Shown here piece by piece: positions 9,005 to 18,144 of a DNA stretch of 64,000 bases. Both the position numbers and the translations under genes were made by a program. A model generated the notes under the pieces. That model was not told the origin of the DNA, did not search any database, and was given only the letters and a program-made list of their open reading frames with translations. The DNA comes from Myxococcota bacterium (GTDB taxonomy: Bacteria > Myxococcota > UBA727 > JAHDBA01): the NCBI GenBank assembly GCA_020630615.1, contig JAHDBA010000013.1, positions 4,994-68,993 of the forward strand, written 5' to 3'. Position 1 is the stretch's first letter. Each line of letters opens with the position of its first letter.

Positions 9005-9706
9005 ATGCGAAACCCGATAGTTAAAGCTATGGACTTACTAGTACGCGGCGGACCTGTGATGTGGCTTATTGCTGGGGTTGCACTCGTCACACTTGTTCTT
9101 TTCTTTGAACGACTGATCGCTTTGAGACGCTCCAGAGTATGCCCAAGCGACTTTGTCGATCGCGTACTCAAGCTCGTTGTAGGAGATGAAAGCACTGGCC
9201 TCTTAGACGAAGGCGAAAAGGACTCAGAAAATCAAGTGGGTAAGACCTTACGATTGAGCGCAAATATAGAGAAGGCACATCTAATCGCCCAGGAATATTC
9301 AACGCCGGTTTCACATATCTTCCGAGAACTCCTTCAAAGCGCACAAAGTCACCCCATCTTTTTGCGCGAGTCCGCTGAAGATGGTGGTCGACAAGTCCTA
9401 TCTCGACTGGAGCGCAACGTCTCATATTTGGCCACACTCGCGACAATCAGTCCGCTTCTTGGGCTTCTCGGAACAGTGACTGGCATGATTGCAGTCTTTC
9501 AGCAAGTCGCATTAACGGGAGTTGGCGATCCATTGGACATGGCCGCCGGTATTTGGCAAGCACTACTCACCACAGCTTTTGGGCTTTGCGTTGCGATACC
9601 TGCTTATGTTGCACATCGCGTCCTGGAAAATACGTTAGAGAAAAGGTCGCTCGAGCTTGAAGATGCATCCAATCGACTAATTTATGCGCTCTCAACACGA
9701 AAATGA
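9005..9706 (+). CDS. MotA/TolQ/ExbB-family proton-channel protein
   Basis: 233 aa from ATG 9005; the upstream part of listed ORF 8777.. is antisense to the boxC 5' end. TM segments and the C-terminal family signature are present (ISPLLGLLGTVTGMIAVF, LLTTAFGLCVAIPAYV). Confidence 0.8.
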   Translation: MRNPIVKAMDLLVRGGPVMWLIAGVALVTLVLFFERLIALRRSRVCPSDFVDRVLKLVVGDESTGLLDEGEKDSENQVGKTLRLSANIEKAHLIAQEYSTPVSHIFRELLQSAQSHPIFLRESAEDGGRQVLSRLERNVSYLATLATISPLLGLLGTVTGMIAVFQQVALTGVGDPLDMAAGIWQALLTTAFGLCVAIPAYVAHRVLENTLEKRSLELEDASNRLIYALSTRK

Positions 9707-9811
9707 TCGAGGTGAAAGTACGATAAAGGAAGTAGAAGAAACCCTTCTCTTTAGTACCCATTTTCACCTTTGGAGTTGCTTTTTTTTTGACTTAAGCTCC
9801 CGAATCGTGGC

Positions 9812-11593
9812 TTGATTTTATGTGTCATTCCATCTAGACAGGAAGAGTTTCTATTTTACTATTTGAGGGAATTATCATTGACATCTTCGATTCTTGGTAG
9901 CTCACAAATACCCACTGAACGTGTAGAAGATTCACTCAATGAAACGCATCCGGTTACGGAAGCTCATCAAATTGTGCACCGGTCTCGTAGAGTTGGCGCC
10001 AATAGAGGCGCTAAAGATTCGAACGCGAGTCACGTCTCGTTGCTCCCTATTGAATCGATTCGTAAACGGCGAGCGGAAAGCAAATTGCCACGGCATAGAG
10101 TACGTAGGCAAACCGGATTGATTTTGACAGCTTTTGCCGCCTGCTTGGGGGTCATCCTCGGCACGACACTGAAAAATCCTTCATACTTTTTTGAAGATCC
10201 CTCATTGAATCATACAATTTCAACCGATCAAGTTGAGAACACCCCAATATCTACCCGAGCACCAAAGCAAAGTGAAGGTCAAGAACAAAGAAACGACCCA
10301 TGGCACTCTGGTGAGAATACACTAAGTAGTGATGTGCGAAATCCAAAGGGTTTTGCTGGGCCGGGTGACGAGGCGCCCCCCCCTTTACCACACCTCTTTG
10401 AGCTTGCTCAATCCCATACCATGATGCCCGGCGAGACTCTTGGAGGCGCGTTGTCTCGCAGTGCACTGAACGAGAAAGATGCGCAAAACCTCCTGAAAGG
10501 GTTAACACAGAAAATCGACTTCAAAGTCCTACGCCCGGGAGACTCCGTTGAACTCAAAGAGATTGTCGCAAGTACGGAAACCCCCATGGGGTATCTTTGG
10601 AAAAACCCTAACGACAATCAAGACGTCGCTGAGTTTGATAAGCCCAAAGGTAACTTTCTAAGCTTCGACTACAAGGTACACAAAAAACACGGTGCTGCAG
10701 TCCATTACAACGCAACACCTTCGGCAAAAGACGGAAACCTCAATGTTTCAAGGATTGAAGCTCCCACGAAGATGATGGTTGAGAAGGTTTCCGGCGTGAT
10801 CCAATCGAGCCTTTACAATAGCTTAGTAGGCGCAGGCGAACTGAGTCAGCTTGCCAATCAGTTTGCGGATATGTTTGGTTGGTCGATCGACTTTTACCGA
10901 GACCCGCAAGCTGGCGACGAGTTTCAGTTGATCGTTGAGAAAGAGTACAGTCAGGGAGATCTCGTTGGTTATGGGAAAATCCTTGCCGCCGAATACATCA
11001 ACTCGGGACGAGTCCACTCAAGTTTTCGTTTTAACTCGACGGATGGAAAAGTCTCGGGTCTCTTTGACGAGAAAGGGGAAACCTCTGAGCGTCTCTTCTT
11101 AACCACACCACTTGCTTTAACTCGAATTACATCAAGCTATGGGCAGCGTTTTCATCCGGTGCTCAAGACTTGGAAAAAACATAATGGGGTCGACTATGGC
11201 GCGAGCACAGGGACACCCTTTTGGACAGTGGCATCGGGTACAGTCATTGACGCACGCTATAGTGCGAGTGCGGGAAATATGATTCGAATCCAGCACGTGA
11301 ACGGTTATGTAACCGAATATTTTCACGCGTCAAAGATTGCACCCGGAATTCAAAAAGGCGTAAAGGTCAAACAAAAACAAGTCATCGGTTATGTTGGCAC
11401 AACGGGTCGTAGTACGGGCCCGCATCTTCACTTTGGAATGCTGAAGAAAGGTGCGCACGTCAACCCAAGCACTCAGAAGTTCCCTGGAGGAAAACCAATG
11501 CCATCCTCATACAAAGCCGAGTTCCTTGAGCAGATTAAGCCTCTACAAGAGCAACTCAAATACGAATCTGCGACTCGCTCAGTCTTGCGCTAG
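9812..11593 (+). CDS. membrane-anchored M23/LytM-family peptidoglycan endopeptidase (MepM-like)
   Basis: C-terminal M23 motifs: HNGVDYGASTGTP, HVNGYVTEYFH, GTTGRSTGPHLHF. TM anchor GLILTAFAACLGVILGTTL. An OapA-like segment precedes the catalytic domain. The start is uncertain (the listed start is TTG). Confidence 0.85.
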   Translation: MILCVIPSRQEEFLFYYLRELSLTSSILGSSQIPTERVEDSLNETHPVTEAHQIVHRSRRVGANRGAKDSNASHVSLLPIESIRKRRAESKLPRHRVRRQTGLILTAFAACLGVILGTTLKNPSYFFEDPSLNHTISTDQVENTPISTRAPKQSEGQEQRNDPWHSGENTLSSDVRNPKGFAGPGDEAPPPLPHLFELAQSHTMMPGETLGGALSRSALNEKDAQNLLKGLTQKIDFKVLRPGDSVELKEIVASTETPMGYLWKNPNDNQDVAEFDKPKGNFLSFDYKVHKKHGAAVHYNATPSAKDGNLNVSRIEAPTKMMVEKVSGVIQSSLYNSLVGAGELSQLANQFADMFGWSIDFYRDPQAGDEFQLIVEKEYSQGDLVGYGKILAAEYINSGRVHSSFRFNSTDGKVSGLFDEKGETSERLFLTTPLALTRITSSYGQRFHPVLKTWKKHNGVDYGASTGTPFWTVASGTVIDARYSASAGNMIRIQHVNGYVTEYFHASKIAPGIQKGVKVKQKQVIGYVGTTGRSTGPHLHFGMLKKGAHVNPSTQKFPGGKPMPSSYKAEFLEQIKPLQEQLKYESATRSVLR

Positions 11594-11680
11594 GCAAAAG
11601 CGCTCTGACATGCGACTCCGGCATTCTATGCCTGCAAAGCAGTACGTGGGTCGGAACAGGGACTGTGTAGGAAGGAGGGA

Positions 11681-12910
11681 CTATGGCTCTTTGGCCAGAG
11701 AACACTCCCCTTCGTGCGTGGCACCATAAAACACTCGACCCACACGAGTGGTGCCGATAGTGAGCTTGCCCTCTTTGTCTTTAATGTTCGTGAACGTCAT
11801 CCAAAGCGCTGGCTCATCATCGCAGCAGAATCGATACTTGCCCTCACCTCGCCAAATTAATTTCACGAGCGCATCGTGCTCTTGAAGAAGAACAAGGGGG
11901 TGTGCCTGGATATCCCGGGGGCTTGGAGTCCACTCACCATGGATCCAACCTGAAAAATCCTTCTGCCACACACGCCATTTTGCATTCGTAGTGTTAACCT
12001 CCACACGCATTCCACCCTCACTCTCGCCATAGATGAGACAACTCGCACACTCACTCTTCAAGTCTTTAGGGCTCTTCTTTGTCTTGAGTAGGGCGCTCCG
12101 GTGTCCATTCGACAGCCAAGGTGGAAACACGAGCACGCCATCGTTCATTCCAGTCGGCGTCACGAGTGTGAGACCTGAACACGAAGACTCCTGACATTTT
12201 GGGGCTGCAAGCTTTTCGCGTTTAATACCTGCAGGCGTTAAAATCTTTACTTTTCCTTCCCGCAGCCACTCCGGTGCATCACTTTTGCTCTCAAAGCCTT
12301 CAGCATTATTTCGAAGCTCACAACCCATATTCAAGTGTGCTGAGCCTTCTTGAATGGGATAGAGTGGACCATCCGGCGAAAGCGATCGTTTTAAATTTTG
12401 CTCAACCATCTTCCTTTCTGACGCCGCTAAAGTTTTCTCACCGAGGGTGTCATAGGTGTCTGCCAGCTGAGAGCGTAGCGGAATATGGCTCGGCGCCAAT
12501 GCAAGCGCTTGCTCGAGGAGGTGCCGCTTCTTTTTGGGTTCTGTTACCGCTTCAAGTTTTTCTTGAATCTTTGCCAAGCTCAAACTCTCTAAAGACAAAT
12601 GTTTCTGATGGACATAACCGCTATCCCTTAAAGTATCCACACGAACATACTCGCCGACCTGCGCGAGGACTTTAAGGCGTTGGTTTAAGCGAACGTGGGA
12701 TTTAAGCAATCCACGCACCGAAGGCCCTGTAAGGACGCGTGCAATCGGGTCTTTGACATAAACAACTTCGCCTTTCGTCAATGCATTTAATTGGAGAGCT
12801 CCGAAGACTATCGTGAAAAGGAGAGCTCCTTTGCACCTCTGCGCACATTGCTTCATACCACAAATGTTACCAATCAATTTTAGTTTCACTTTCAATTGCA
12901 TCCCGTACAC
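11681..12910 (-). CDS. hypothetical secreted protein with an N-terminal SH3b-like segment
   Basis: The likely real start is the internal Met at 12856 (MKQCAQRCKGALLFTIVFGALQLNA signal). VVYVKDPIARVLTGPS...QRLKVLAQVGEYVRVD resembles a bacterial SH3 domain. The rest is unassigned. Confidence 0.5.
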   Translation of the reverse strand: MYGMQLKVKLKLIGNICGMKQCAQRCKGALLFTIVFGALQLNALTKGEVVYVKDPIARVLTGPSVRGLLKSHVRLNQRLKVLAQVGEYVRVDTLRDSGYVHQKHLSLESLSLAKIQEKLEAVTEPKKKRHLLEQALALAPSHIPLRSQLADTYDTLGEKTLAASERKMVEQNLKRSLSPDGPLYPIQEGSAHLNMGCELRNNAEGFESKSDAPEWLREGKVKILTPAGIKREKLAAPKCQESSCSGLTLVTPTGMNDGVLVFPPWLSNGHRSALLKTKKSPKDLKSECASCLIYGESEGGMRVEVNTTNAKWRVWQKDFSGWIHGEWTPSPRDIQAHPLVLLQEHDALVKLIWRGEGKYRFCCDDEPALWMTFTNIKDKEGKLTIGTTRVGRVFYGATHEGECSLAKEP

Positions 12911-12932
12911 TCACCATTTAGCAGGAGCGATC

Positions 12933-13757
12933 ATGGTTTCAGTCCACTTCGTTACTTTCCCGCGTAAAACAAGCCAAAGTCAAGACGACTTGCAATCTCT
13001 ACGTGAGCGCGCTGAATTTCTCGCTCATAAGTTTCAATGTCCAGTGGGTACACCGAACGAGCTCAAGCGTCTTAAGGTGCTGCCAGATCGTGTCACCTAC
13101 CATGTTCGAAAACCGGGTGAATGGGCGCGTATCAATTCAAGAAAGGTTTTTGCGCAAGTAGGGCTTTTTAAGAGTCGCCAAACATTGCGTCAACAAAACC
13201 CGATGTTTCGGGTACTCAAAACAATTCTCGATCAAGGTCACCGGCTTGATTCTATTGTGGACGGCACCTTCGGAATGGGCCGTGATGCACTTTGGCTTGC
13301 GGACTGTTTAGTGTACCTCAATCCGAACGAGGCTTCAGTGCTTGCCTTTGAAAGCTCTCCCATTCTTTCGGAACTTGGGCGTGCTGCTTTGATACGCTGG
13401 AGAAGTGAAAAGCAACCTTGGCAAAATGCCGCTCAAAAGATCGAGTTGCGGGAGGGAGAATGCCCATACTCGACGGCTGAATACCGAGACAACCCGAAAA
13501 ACGTGCCGCAACTCTTGTACATGGACCCGATGATGCAGGTTCCCGGTGGTGACCAAGCCTTTGGCGCCTTTCGTTCAATTGCGGACCCTCGCCCCTTCAC
13601 AGAAAAGTCCCTAGAACAAAGCTTAAGCTCTATCGACTGGGTTCTCGTAAAATCTTCCATCACCGAAAAGCCGCGTTGCCCCGAGTATCGTGTCTATCGG
13701 ATTCGTGCCCAACGGTGTCGCTACGATTTGTACTCGCGGCATAAATTTCTTAACTAA
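12933..13757 (+). CDS. RsmJ-like class I SAM-dependent methyltransferase
   Basis: Starting at ATG 12933 avoids overlap with the divergent gene. Motifs parallel E. coli RsmJ: IVDGTFGMGRDALWLA (vs VVDATAGLGRDAFVLA), LLYMDPMMQ (vs VVYLDPMFP), and C-terminal RYDLY (vs RFDIY). Confidence 0.6.
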   Translation: MVSVHFVTFPRKTSQSQDDLQSLRERAEFLAHKFQCPVGTPNELKRLKVLPDRVTYHVRKPGEWARINSRKVFAQVGLFKSRQTLRQQNPMFRVLKTILDQGHRLDSIVDGTFGMGRDALWLADCLVYLNPNEASVLAFESSPILSELGRAALIRWRSEKQPWQNAAQKIELREGECPYSTAEYRDNPKNVPQLLYMDPMMQVPGGDQAFGAFRSIADPRPFTEKSLEQSLSSIDWVLVKSSITEKPRCPEYRVYRIRAQRCRYDLYSRHKFLN

Positions 13758-14122
13758 GCGATACGAAACACTCGACCGAGGTAGATTCCCAGACCTCCGC
13801 TTATTAGCGCTCCAATAAGTGTCAAACTCAGTATAGGGATTACGCGAAGGTATTCTTCTGCTTCTAAGAGCTCTAACATTTCGATATTAAATGTGGAATA
13901 TGTTGTGAAAGCACCGCAAAATCCGACGCCGAGTAAAAGATAGACGGGCGCCATATTCGTCTTTAAACCGGCTCCAACACAAAGACCTAAAACAAAGGCA
14001 CCAAGAATATTAACCCATGTGGTTACCCCTGAGGGTAATCCATAGTCTTGCAAAGCGAGTGTACATGCATATCGAGCGCAGGCTCCAAAGGCCCCACCGA
14101 TTGCCACAAGGAACCAATTCAC
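13754..14122 (-). CDS. crcB: fluoride ion channel CrcB/FluC
   Basis: 122 aa, four TM segments. Family motifs GGAFGACARY and GFCGAFTTYSTF are present. The GTG start overlaps the obg stop (GTGA). Confidence 0.9.
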   Translation of the reverse strand: MNWFLVAIGGAFGACARYACTLALQDYGLPSGVTTWVNILGAFVLGLCVGAGLKTNMAPVYLLLGVGFCGAFTTYSTFNIEMLELLEAEEYLRVIPILSLTLIGALISGGLGIYLGRVFRIA

Positions 14123-15267
14123 CTTGAGTATCCCAAATTCGATGCAGGGTCGAAGGTTTCGACTTCAGCGTCTGCGCCGATGTTCTCCCAAAGAAAATCT
14201 TTTAATGTATTCAAACCATGTTTCGACATTGAACTCACATGAAAATTGCGGCTCCGAAAACTTTGATATTCCCTGCGTTGCTCTTTGCGTAACCAGCTTT
14301 CAAAGTGTGAAACAATCTTTGCGAGATCCGAATCGGCAGAGACCAAATCATGCTTTGAAAACACAACAATCTCAGGAAGCCCAGCAAGTTCTTCGCTGTA
14401 TTTGAAGAGCTCTTCCCGCAACGCACGGTAACGTTCTGTCATGATACTTGCAATCGTCTCGATATCCTTCAAACTCACGTTTTCAATTTCATTGTCGTGC
14501 CGAAGTTGGTGCAGCTCCACGACCGGGGGCTCCACCAAATGCAAAATGAAAGACACGCGTTCTAAGTGCTTTAAAAACTTAATACCGAGTCCGTGTCCTT
14601 CCGCAGCCCCTTCAATCAACCCTGGGATATCGGCAATACAGAATGAGAATCGGTCATCTTCAACGATACCGAGTTGCGGCTCTAAGGTTGTAAACGGGTA
14701 ATCTGCAACCTTCGGGCGCGCGGATGTCATGGCTCGCAGCAAAGTAGATTTCCCTGCATTGGGGAAGCCCAACAAACCGACATCGGCAAGCAACTTGAGG
14801 CTAAGCTGCAGTTCTCGTTCTTCGCCCAACAAACCCGGTTTTGAAAAATCAGGAGCCTGACGCGTCGAAGTTGTGAATCGCATATTACCATGGCCGCCAG
14901 ATCCTCCACGACATACAATCTCTCGTTGACCTACCTCAGACAAATCCGCCAGAATAATATCTTGGCCCCGATCGATGATTTGAGTCCCTACAGGAACCTG
15001 AATCACAAGATTTTCTCCACGGGCACCATGTTGGCCTTTCCCTCGGCCGTTCTCACCATCTTTCGCAAACCAATTTCTCCGAAAGCGAAAATCGATTAGC
15101 GAGCGCTTACCCTCAGTCGCTTCAAATATAACCGAGCCACCATCACCACCGTCTCCACCGGCTGGACCACCTTTAACCACATGCGCCTCTCTTCGCCAAG
15201 CCACGCAACCATCACCACCCGCGCCGGCTTTGGTGTTGATCCATACTTCATCGATAAATTTCGCCAT
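14119..15267 (-). CDS. obg: GTPase Obg/CgtA
   Basis: Obg fold N-terminus with glycine-rich repeats (KAGAGGDGCVAWRREAHVVKGGPAGGDGGDGGSVIF). G1 GFPNAGKST, G3 DIPGLIEGA, G4 SKHD. Confidence 0.95.
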   Translation of the reverse strand: MAKFIDEVWINTKAGAGGDGCVAWRREAHVVKGGPAGGDGGDGGSVIFEATEGKRSLIDFRFRRNWFAKDGENGRGKGQHGARGENLVIQVPVGTQIIDRGQDIILADLSEVGQREIVCRGGSGGHGNMRFTTSTRQAPDFSKPGLLGEERELQLSLKLLADVGLLGFPNAGKSTLLRAMTSARPKVADYPFTTLEPQLGIVEDDRFSFCIADIPGLIEGAAEGHGLGIKFLKHLERVSFILHLVEPPVVELHQLRHDNEIENVSLKDIETIASIMTERYRALREELFKYSEELAGLPEIVVFSKHDLVSADSDLAKIVSHFESWLRKEQRREYQSFRSRNFHVSSMSKHGLNTLKDFLWENIGADAEVETFDPASNLGYSR

Positions 15268-15377
15268 AGTTTAACCTTAACCTATTGGAGTGATTTGTCA
15301 TTTTAATGTTTTTGATTGGCGAAGCCTTGGGCTCTCAGGTACTCTACGATGTGAGATTTACATTTTGGAGGATAAAA

Positions 15378-17438
15378 ATGTTTACGAGAAAAGTTTTATC
15401 ATTGTCGGTGGTCTTAATGGCCGTTTTTGCACAATCCCTGTCTGCGGAATGTGGAGATACCATCGTTGAAGTCGGAGAAGACTGCGATGATGGAAATACC
15501 GAGACGGGTGATGGGTGTGATAGTTGTGTCTCTGAACGAGGATGGCTGTGCGGTTTTGATATTGTACTCGATCAAGACATCTGCACACCGAGATGCGGAG
15601 ATGGAATTATCGTTGAAGGTGTTGAAACCTGCGATGACACCAACCGTCGGAGTGATGATGGCTGTGCGGCAAACTGTATTCTTGAAGACGACTTCGTGTG
15701 TAGTGGCGAACCTTCACTCTGCAGAGCGGTTGGTGGCTGCTCAGACGGTATTCGGGATAATAATGAGCAATGCGATGATGGCAACTTGATTGCAGGTGAT
15801 GGTTGCTCGCCTCAATGTACGATAGAGACGCTTTGGAACTGCGACACGAACGTCGAACCCAACCAATGTGCCTTTCGCACAACCTGTGGTGATGGCGTGA
15901 TTAACGTCAACGAGCCATGTGACGATGGTAATGATGTTGACGACGATGGATGCTCGACACTTTGTTCTGTTGAAGATGGTTGGCGATGTGACTGTGATGA
16001 AGAGTTTCGCTCAATTTCGGGTGCGGGAAACTCTTTCGTCGGTGTTGTTGGGGGCATCGGGGGCGACTATCAAGCAATCGCGACATGCCCAACCGGCAGC
16101 GCAATTGTGGGGCTAGAGGTCCAATGGGCGAATCTCGCGAACAGCGCAGCATCGACGGTAGTGAGTGACACCAATATTATTTGTGCTGAAACAAATATTG
16201 GAAGCGGCCCCGGTCCGGTTACAACGGGACCCACCAGCGATATTGATTTCTTTGACGGAAGTGCTGCAACAGGCGGAGCCATTCAAGAACGACTTGAGTG
16301 TCCAACCGACCATTTCCTAGTCGGTATTAGCGCAGATGGCGGCGCAATGAATGCATCAGCAACTGACCTTCGAGGTTTTGATAATTTGGCGATTGTATGT
16401 GCTGAGGCTAGCACACTTGCGGATGACACTGTCACGCTTTCAGGTACGACTGTAACCGTTACATCGTCAGAGAGCGGATTTGGGCAGGTCTCAATGGGAA
16501 CAACATGTCCGACGAACGAACTCGCAACCTCTATTGGTGGATACGGTCTTGTAATCAATGATCTTTTGGAACTTGGCTGTGGACAAGCCAATGCAGGCTG
16601 CACACGCTCATTGAGCGTCTGTACTGCGATTACTCCGTGGTGCGGAAACGGCGTTGTTGAGACTGGTGAAGAGTGTGACGACGACGCACGTGTTGATGGA
16701 GATGGCTGTTCAGTAGAATGCGCAATCGAAGAAGGGTACACTTGCAACATCGAAAATGTCCCCAGTGTCTGCACACCGGTCGGAGCGGAAATCTGTGGCA
16801 ATGGTGTGGTCGAAAATGACGAAGCATGCGATGATGATAATCTTAACCCTGGCGACGGCTGTAGTGAAGAGTGCCTGATTGAAGGAGGGTTCCCTTGCGA
16901 AGCCAATGAAGAGTGTGAGTCGGGTGAATGTGCTGACGGAGAATGTTCACTTTTGAGCCTCGCACAATGCGGAAATGGTACCGTTGAAGAGGGCGAATCG
17001 TGTGATGATGATAACACGCGTCCTGGTGATGGATGCAGTGAAGATTGTTTGTTGGAAGGCGGTATCGCTTGCGACGCCGATATTCAGTGCGAATCCGCAA
17101 GCTGCATCGATGGTCTTTGCTCCTTTGCTGTCTCTGCGCAGTGTGGAAATGGTGCTATCGAAGATGGTGAATCGTGCGACGATGACAATGTTAACCCCGG
17201 GGATGGCTGCAGTGAAGAGTGTCTGATTGAAAATGACTTTGCTTGTATGAGCAACGAGGAGTGCGAGTCCGGACTCTGTGAAGAAGGGCTTTGCGCTGTG
17301 AATAACAGTAGATCCAGCGGCCTGCTTCGTTTTGAACTTGTGGGTACGAATAGTTGTCAGCAAAACACCTGGAGCCCCTTCGCAAGCGCATTTATAGTCT
17401 TGCTCGCACGCAGACGCCGGGCAAATCAAAAGTCTTGA
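15378..17438 (+). CDS. secreted cysteine-rich repeat protein (myxobacterial Cys-rich repeat / DUF4215 type) with a central three-fold repeat module and a C-terminal Cys-containing sorting tag
   Basis: ATG 15378 is preceded by GGAGGA. Signal peptide MFTRKVLSLSVVLMAVFAQSLSA. Eight copies of C-G-[DN]-G-x-E-x-CDD.N-x-DGC-x(3)-C, four N-terminal and four C-terminal. The tail is NSCQQNTWSPFASAFIVLLARRRRANQKS. Confidence 0.8.
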   Translation: MFTRKVLSLSVVLMAVFAQSLSAECGDTIVEVGEDCDDGNTETGDGCDSCVSERGWLCGFDIVLDQDICTPRCGDGIIVEGVETCDDTNRRSDDGCAANCILEDDFVCSGEPSLCRAVGGCSDGIRDNNEQCDDGNLIAGDGCSPQCTIETLWNCDTNVEPNQCAFRTTCGDGVINVNEPCDDGNDVDDDGCSTLCSVEDGWRCDCDEEFRSISGAGNSFVGVVGGIGGDYQAIATCPTGSAIVGLEVQWANLANSAASTVVSDTNIICAETNIGSGPGPVTTGPTSDIDFFDGSAATGGAIQERLECPTDHFLVGISADGGAMNASATDLRGFDNLAIVCAEASTLADDTVTLSGTTVTVTSSESGFGQVSMGTTCPTNELATSIGGYGLVINDLLELGCGQANAGCTRSLSVCTAITPWCGNGVVETGEECDDDARVDGDGCSVECAIEEGYTCNIENVPSVCTPVGAEICGNGVVENDEACDDDNLNPGDGCSEECLIEGGFPCEANEECESGECADGECSLLSLAQCGNGTVEEGESCDDDNTRPGDGCSEDCLLEGGIACDADIQCESASCIDGLCSFAVSAQCGNGAIEDGESCDDDNVNPGDGCSEECLIENDFACMSNEECESGLCEEGLCAVNNSRSSGLLRFELVGTNSCQQNTWSPFASAFIVLLARRRRANQKS
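16795..17316 (+). repeat. three tandem 174-nt (58-aa) coding repeats inside the Cys-rich repeat gene
   Basis: Repeat units begin at 16795, 16969 and 17143 (tgyggaaatggt...gatgatgayaa...ggctgyagtgaaga...). Each encodes CGNG..E.GE.CDDDN..PGDGCSE.CL.E..F.C....C.S..C..G.C. Confidence 0.85.
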
Positions 17439-17461
17439 GTCCGCCAAACTGACGATATTGC

Positions 17462-17484
17462 AAAGCTCCTATTATAGGAGCTTT
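17462..17484. terminator. hairpin between convergent genes (possible bidirectional terminator)
   Basis: aaagctcctat-t-ataggagcttt near-perfect inverted repeat, lying between the stop of 15378..17438 (+) and the stop of 17533..18051 (-). The flanking T-tracts are weak. Confidence 0.5.
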
Positions 17485-17532
17485 CTTAATTGGCCGACTC
17501 TTTGGCTACGTTTCGATAGGCGTCCAGTTGGG

Positions 17533-18051
17533 CTAAAAAGCAAACGCATCCGGCGGACAGGCATGCTGGGTACAAAAGCCACCTTGCGGAACACAAATAC
17601 CACAATGTTCATTGCAACACTCTTCATCCATTGCACAAATACTGTGTCCACACACATCACCCCTATGGAACGCAACGCACACTCCAGCGCATTGCTCATG
17701 GCCCAGAGCTGGGTCACACAGGTCGCTTGCGTCATCGGTACATTCATAACCATGCGGGCATGGGTTCTCAGTGAGAAGATCGGAACAAGGCCGAAAACGT
17801 GGGCATTCTCTGAACTCCCAACTACACCCTTCATTGTCTTCGTCCTCAAGACACTGACCAGTATTCCCACCGACACTACCGTCCGCACAGGTTAAACGCG
17901 GTGCGCGCAGGGGGGCCCCACATGAATCAATGGGACAAGCCTCCACCGAAGGAGTTCCGCGTTTCATTTGTGAAACTTCCCCACATGAAAATCCCATACA
18001 TACCAAAAATGCGGCAAAAGATAGTACCCAAGAAATTGTATTGAATCCCAT
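17533..18051 (-). CDS. small cysteine-rich lipoprotein, function unknown
   Basis: 172 aa. Signal + lipobox (VLSFAAFLVCMGFSC). Many Cys residues in the mature part. No known motif. Confidence 0.55.
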   Translation of the reverse strand: MGFNTISWVLSFAAFLVCMGFSCGEVSQMKRGTPSVEACPIDSCGAPLRAPRLTCADGSVGGNTGQCLEDEDNEGCSWEFRECPRFRPCSDLLTENPCPHGYECTDDASDLCDPALGHEQCAGVCVAFHRGDVCGHSICAMDEECCNEHCGICVPQGGFCTQHACPPDAFAF

Positions 18052-18087
18052 TTAAACCTCGATTGAATCGAAACGTTAGTAAAGAGA

Positions 18088-18144
18088 GCCGCCTTAACAA
18101 GGCGGCATCATTGTAAAAAAAAGAACCCACGCGATGCAGGTTCT
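18088..18144 (-). terminator. rho-independent terminator(s) downstream of rpmA
   Basis: The minus strand reads AGAACC-tgcatcgcgtg-GGTTCT followed by TTTTTTTT, then a second hairpin GCCGCCTT-gtt-AAGGCGGC. Confidence 0.55.

Noticed and set aside
16283-17017. 244-aa minus-strand Ser/Pro/His-rich ORF (and similar ones at 16947..17447, 24962..25573 and 44228..44812)
   Set aside because: These are antisense to Cys/Asp/Gly-rich repeat genes. The biased codon content of the repeats keeps the opposite strand open, and the translations are low-complexity.
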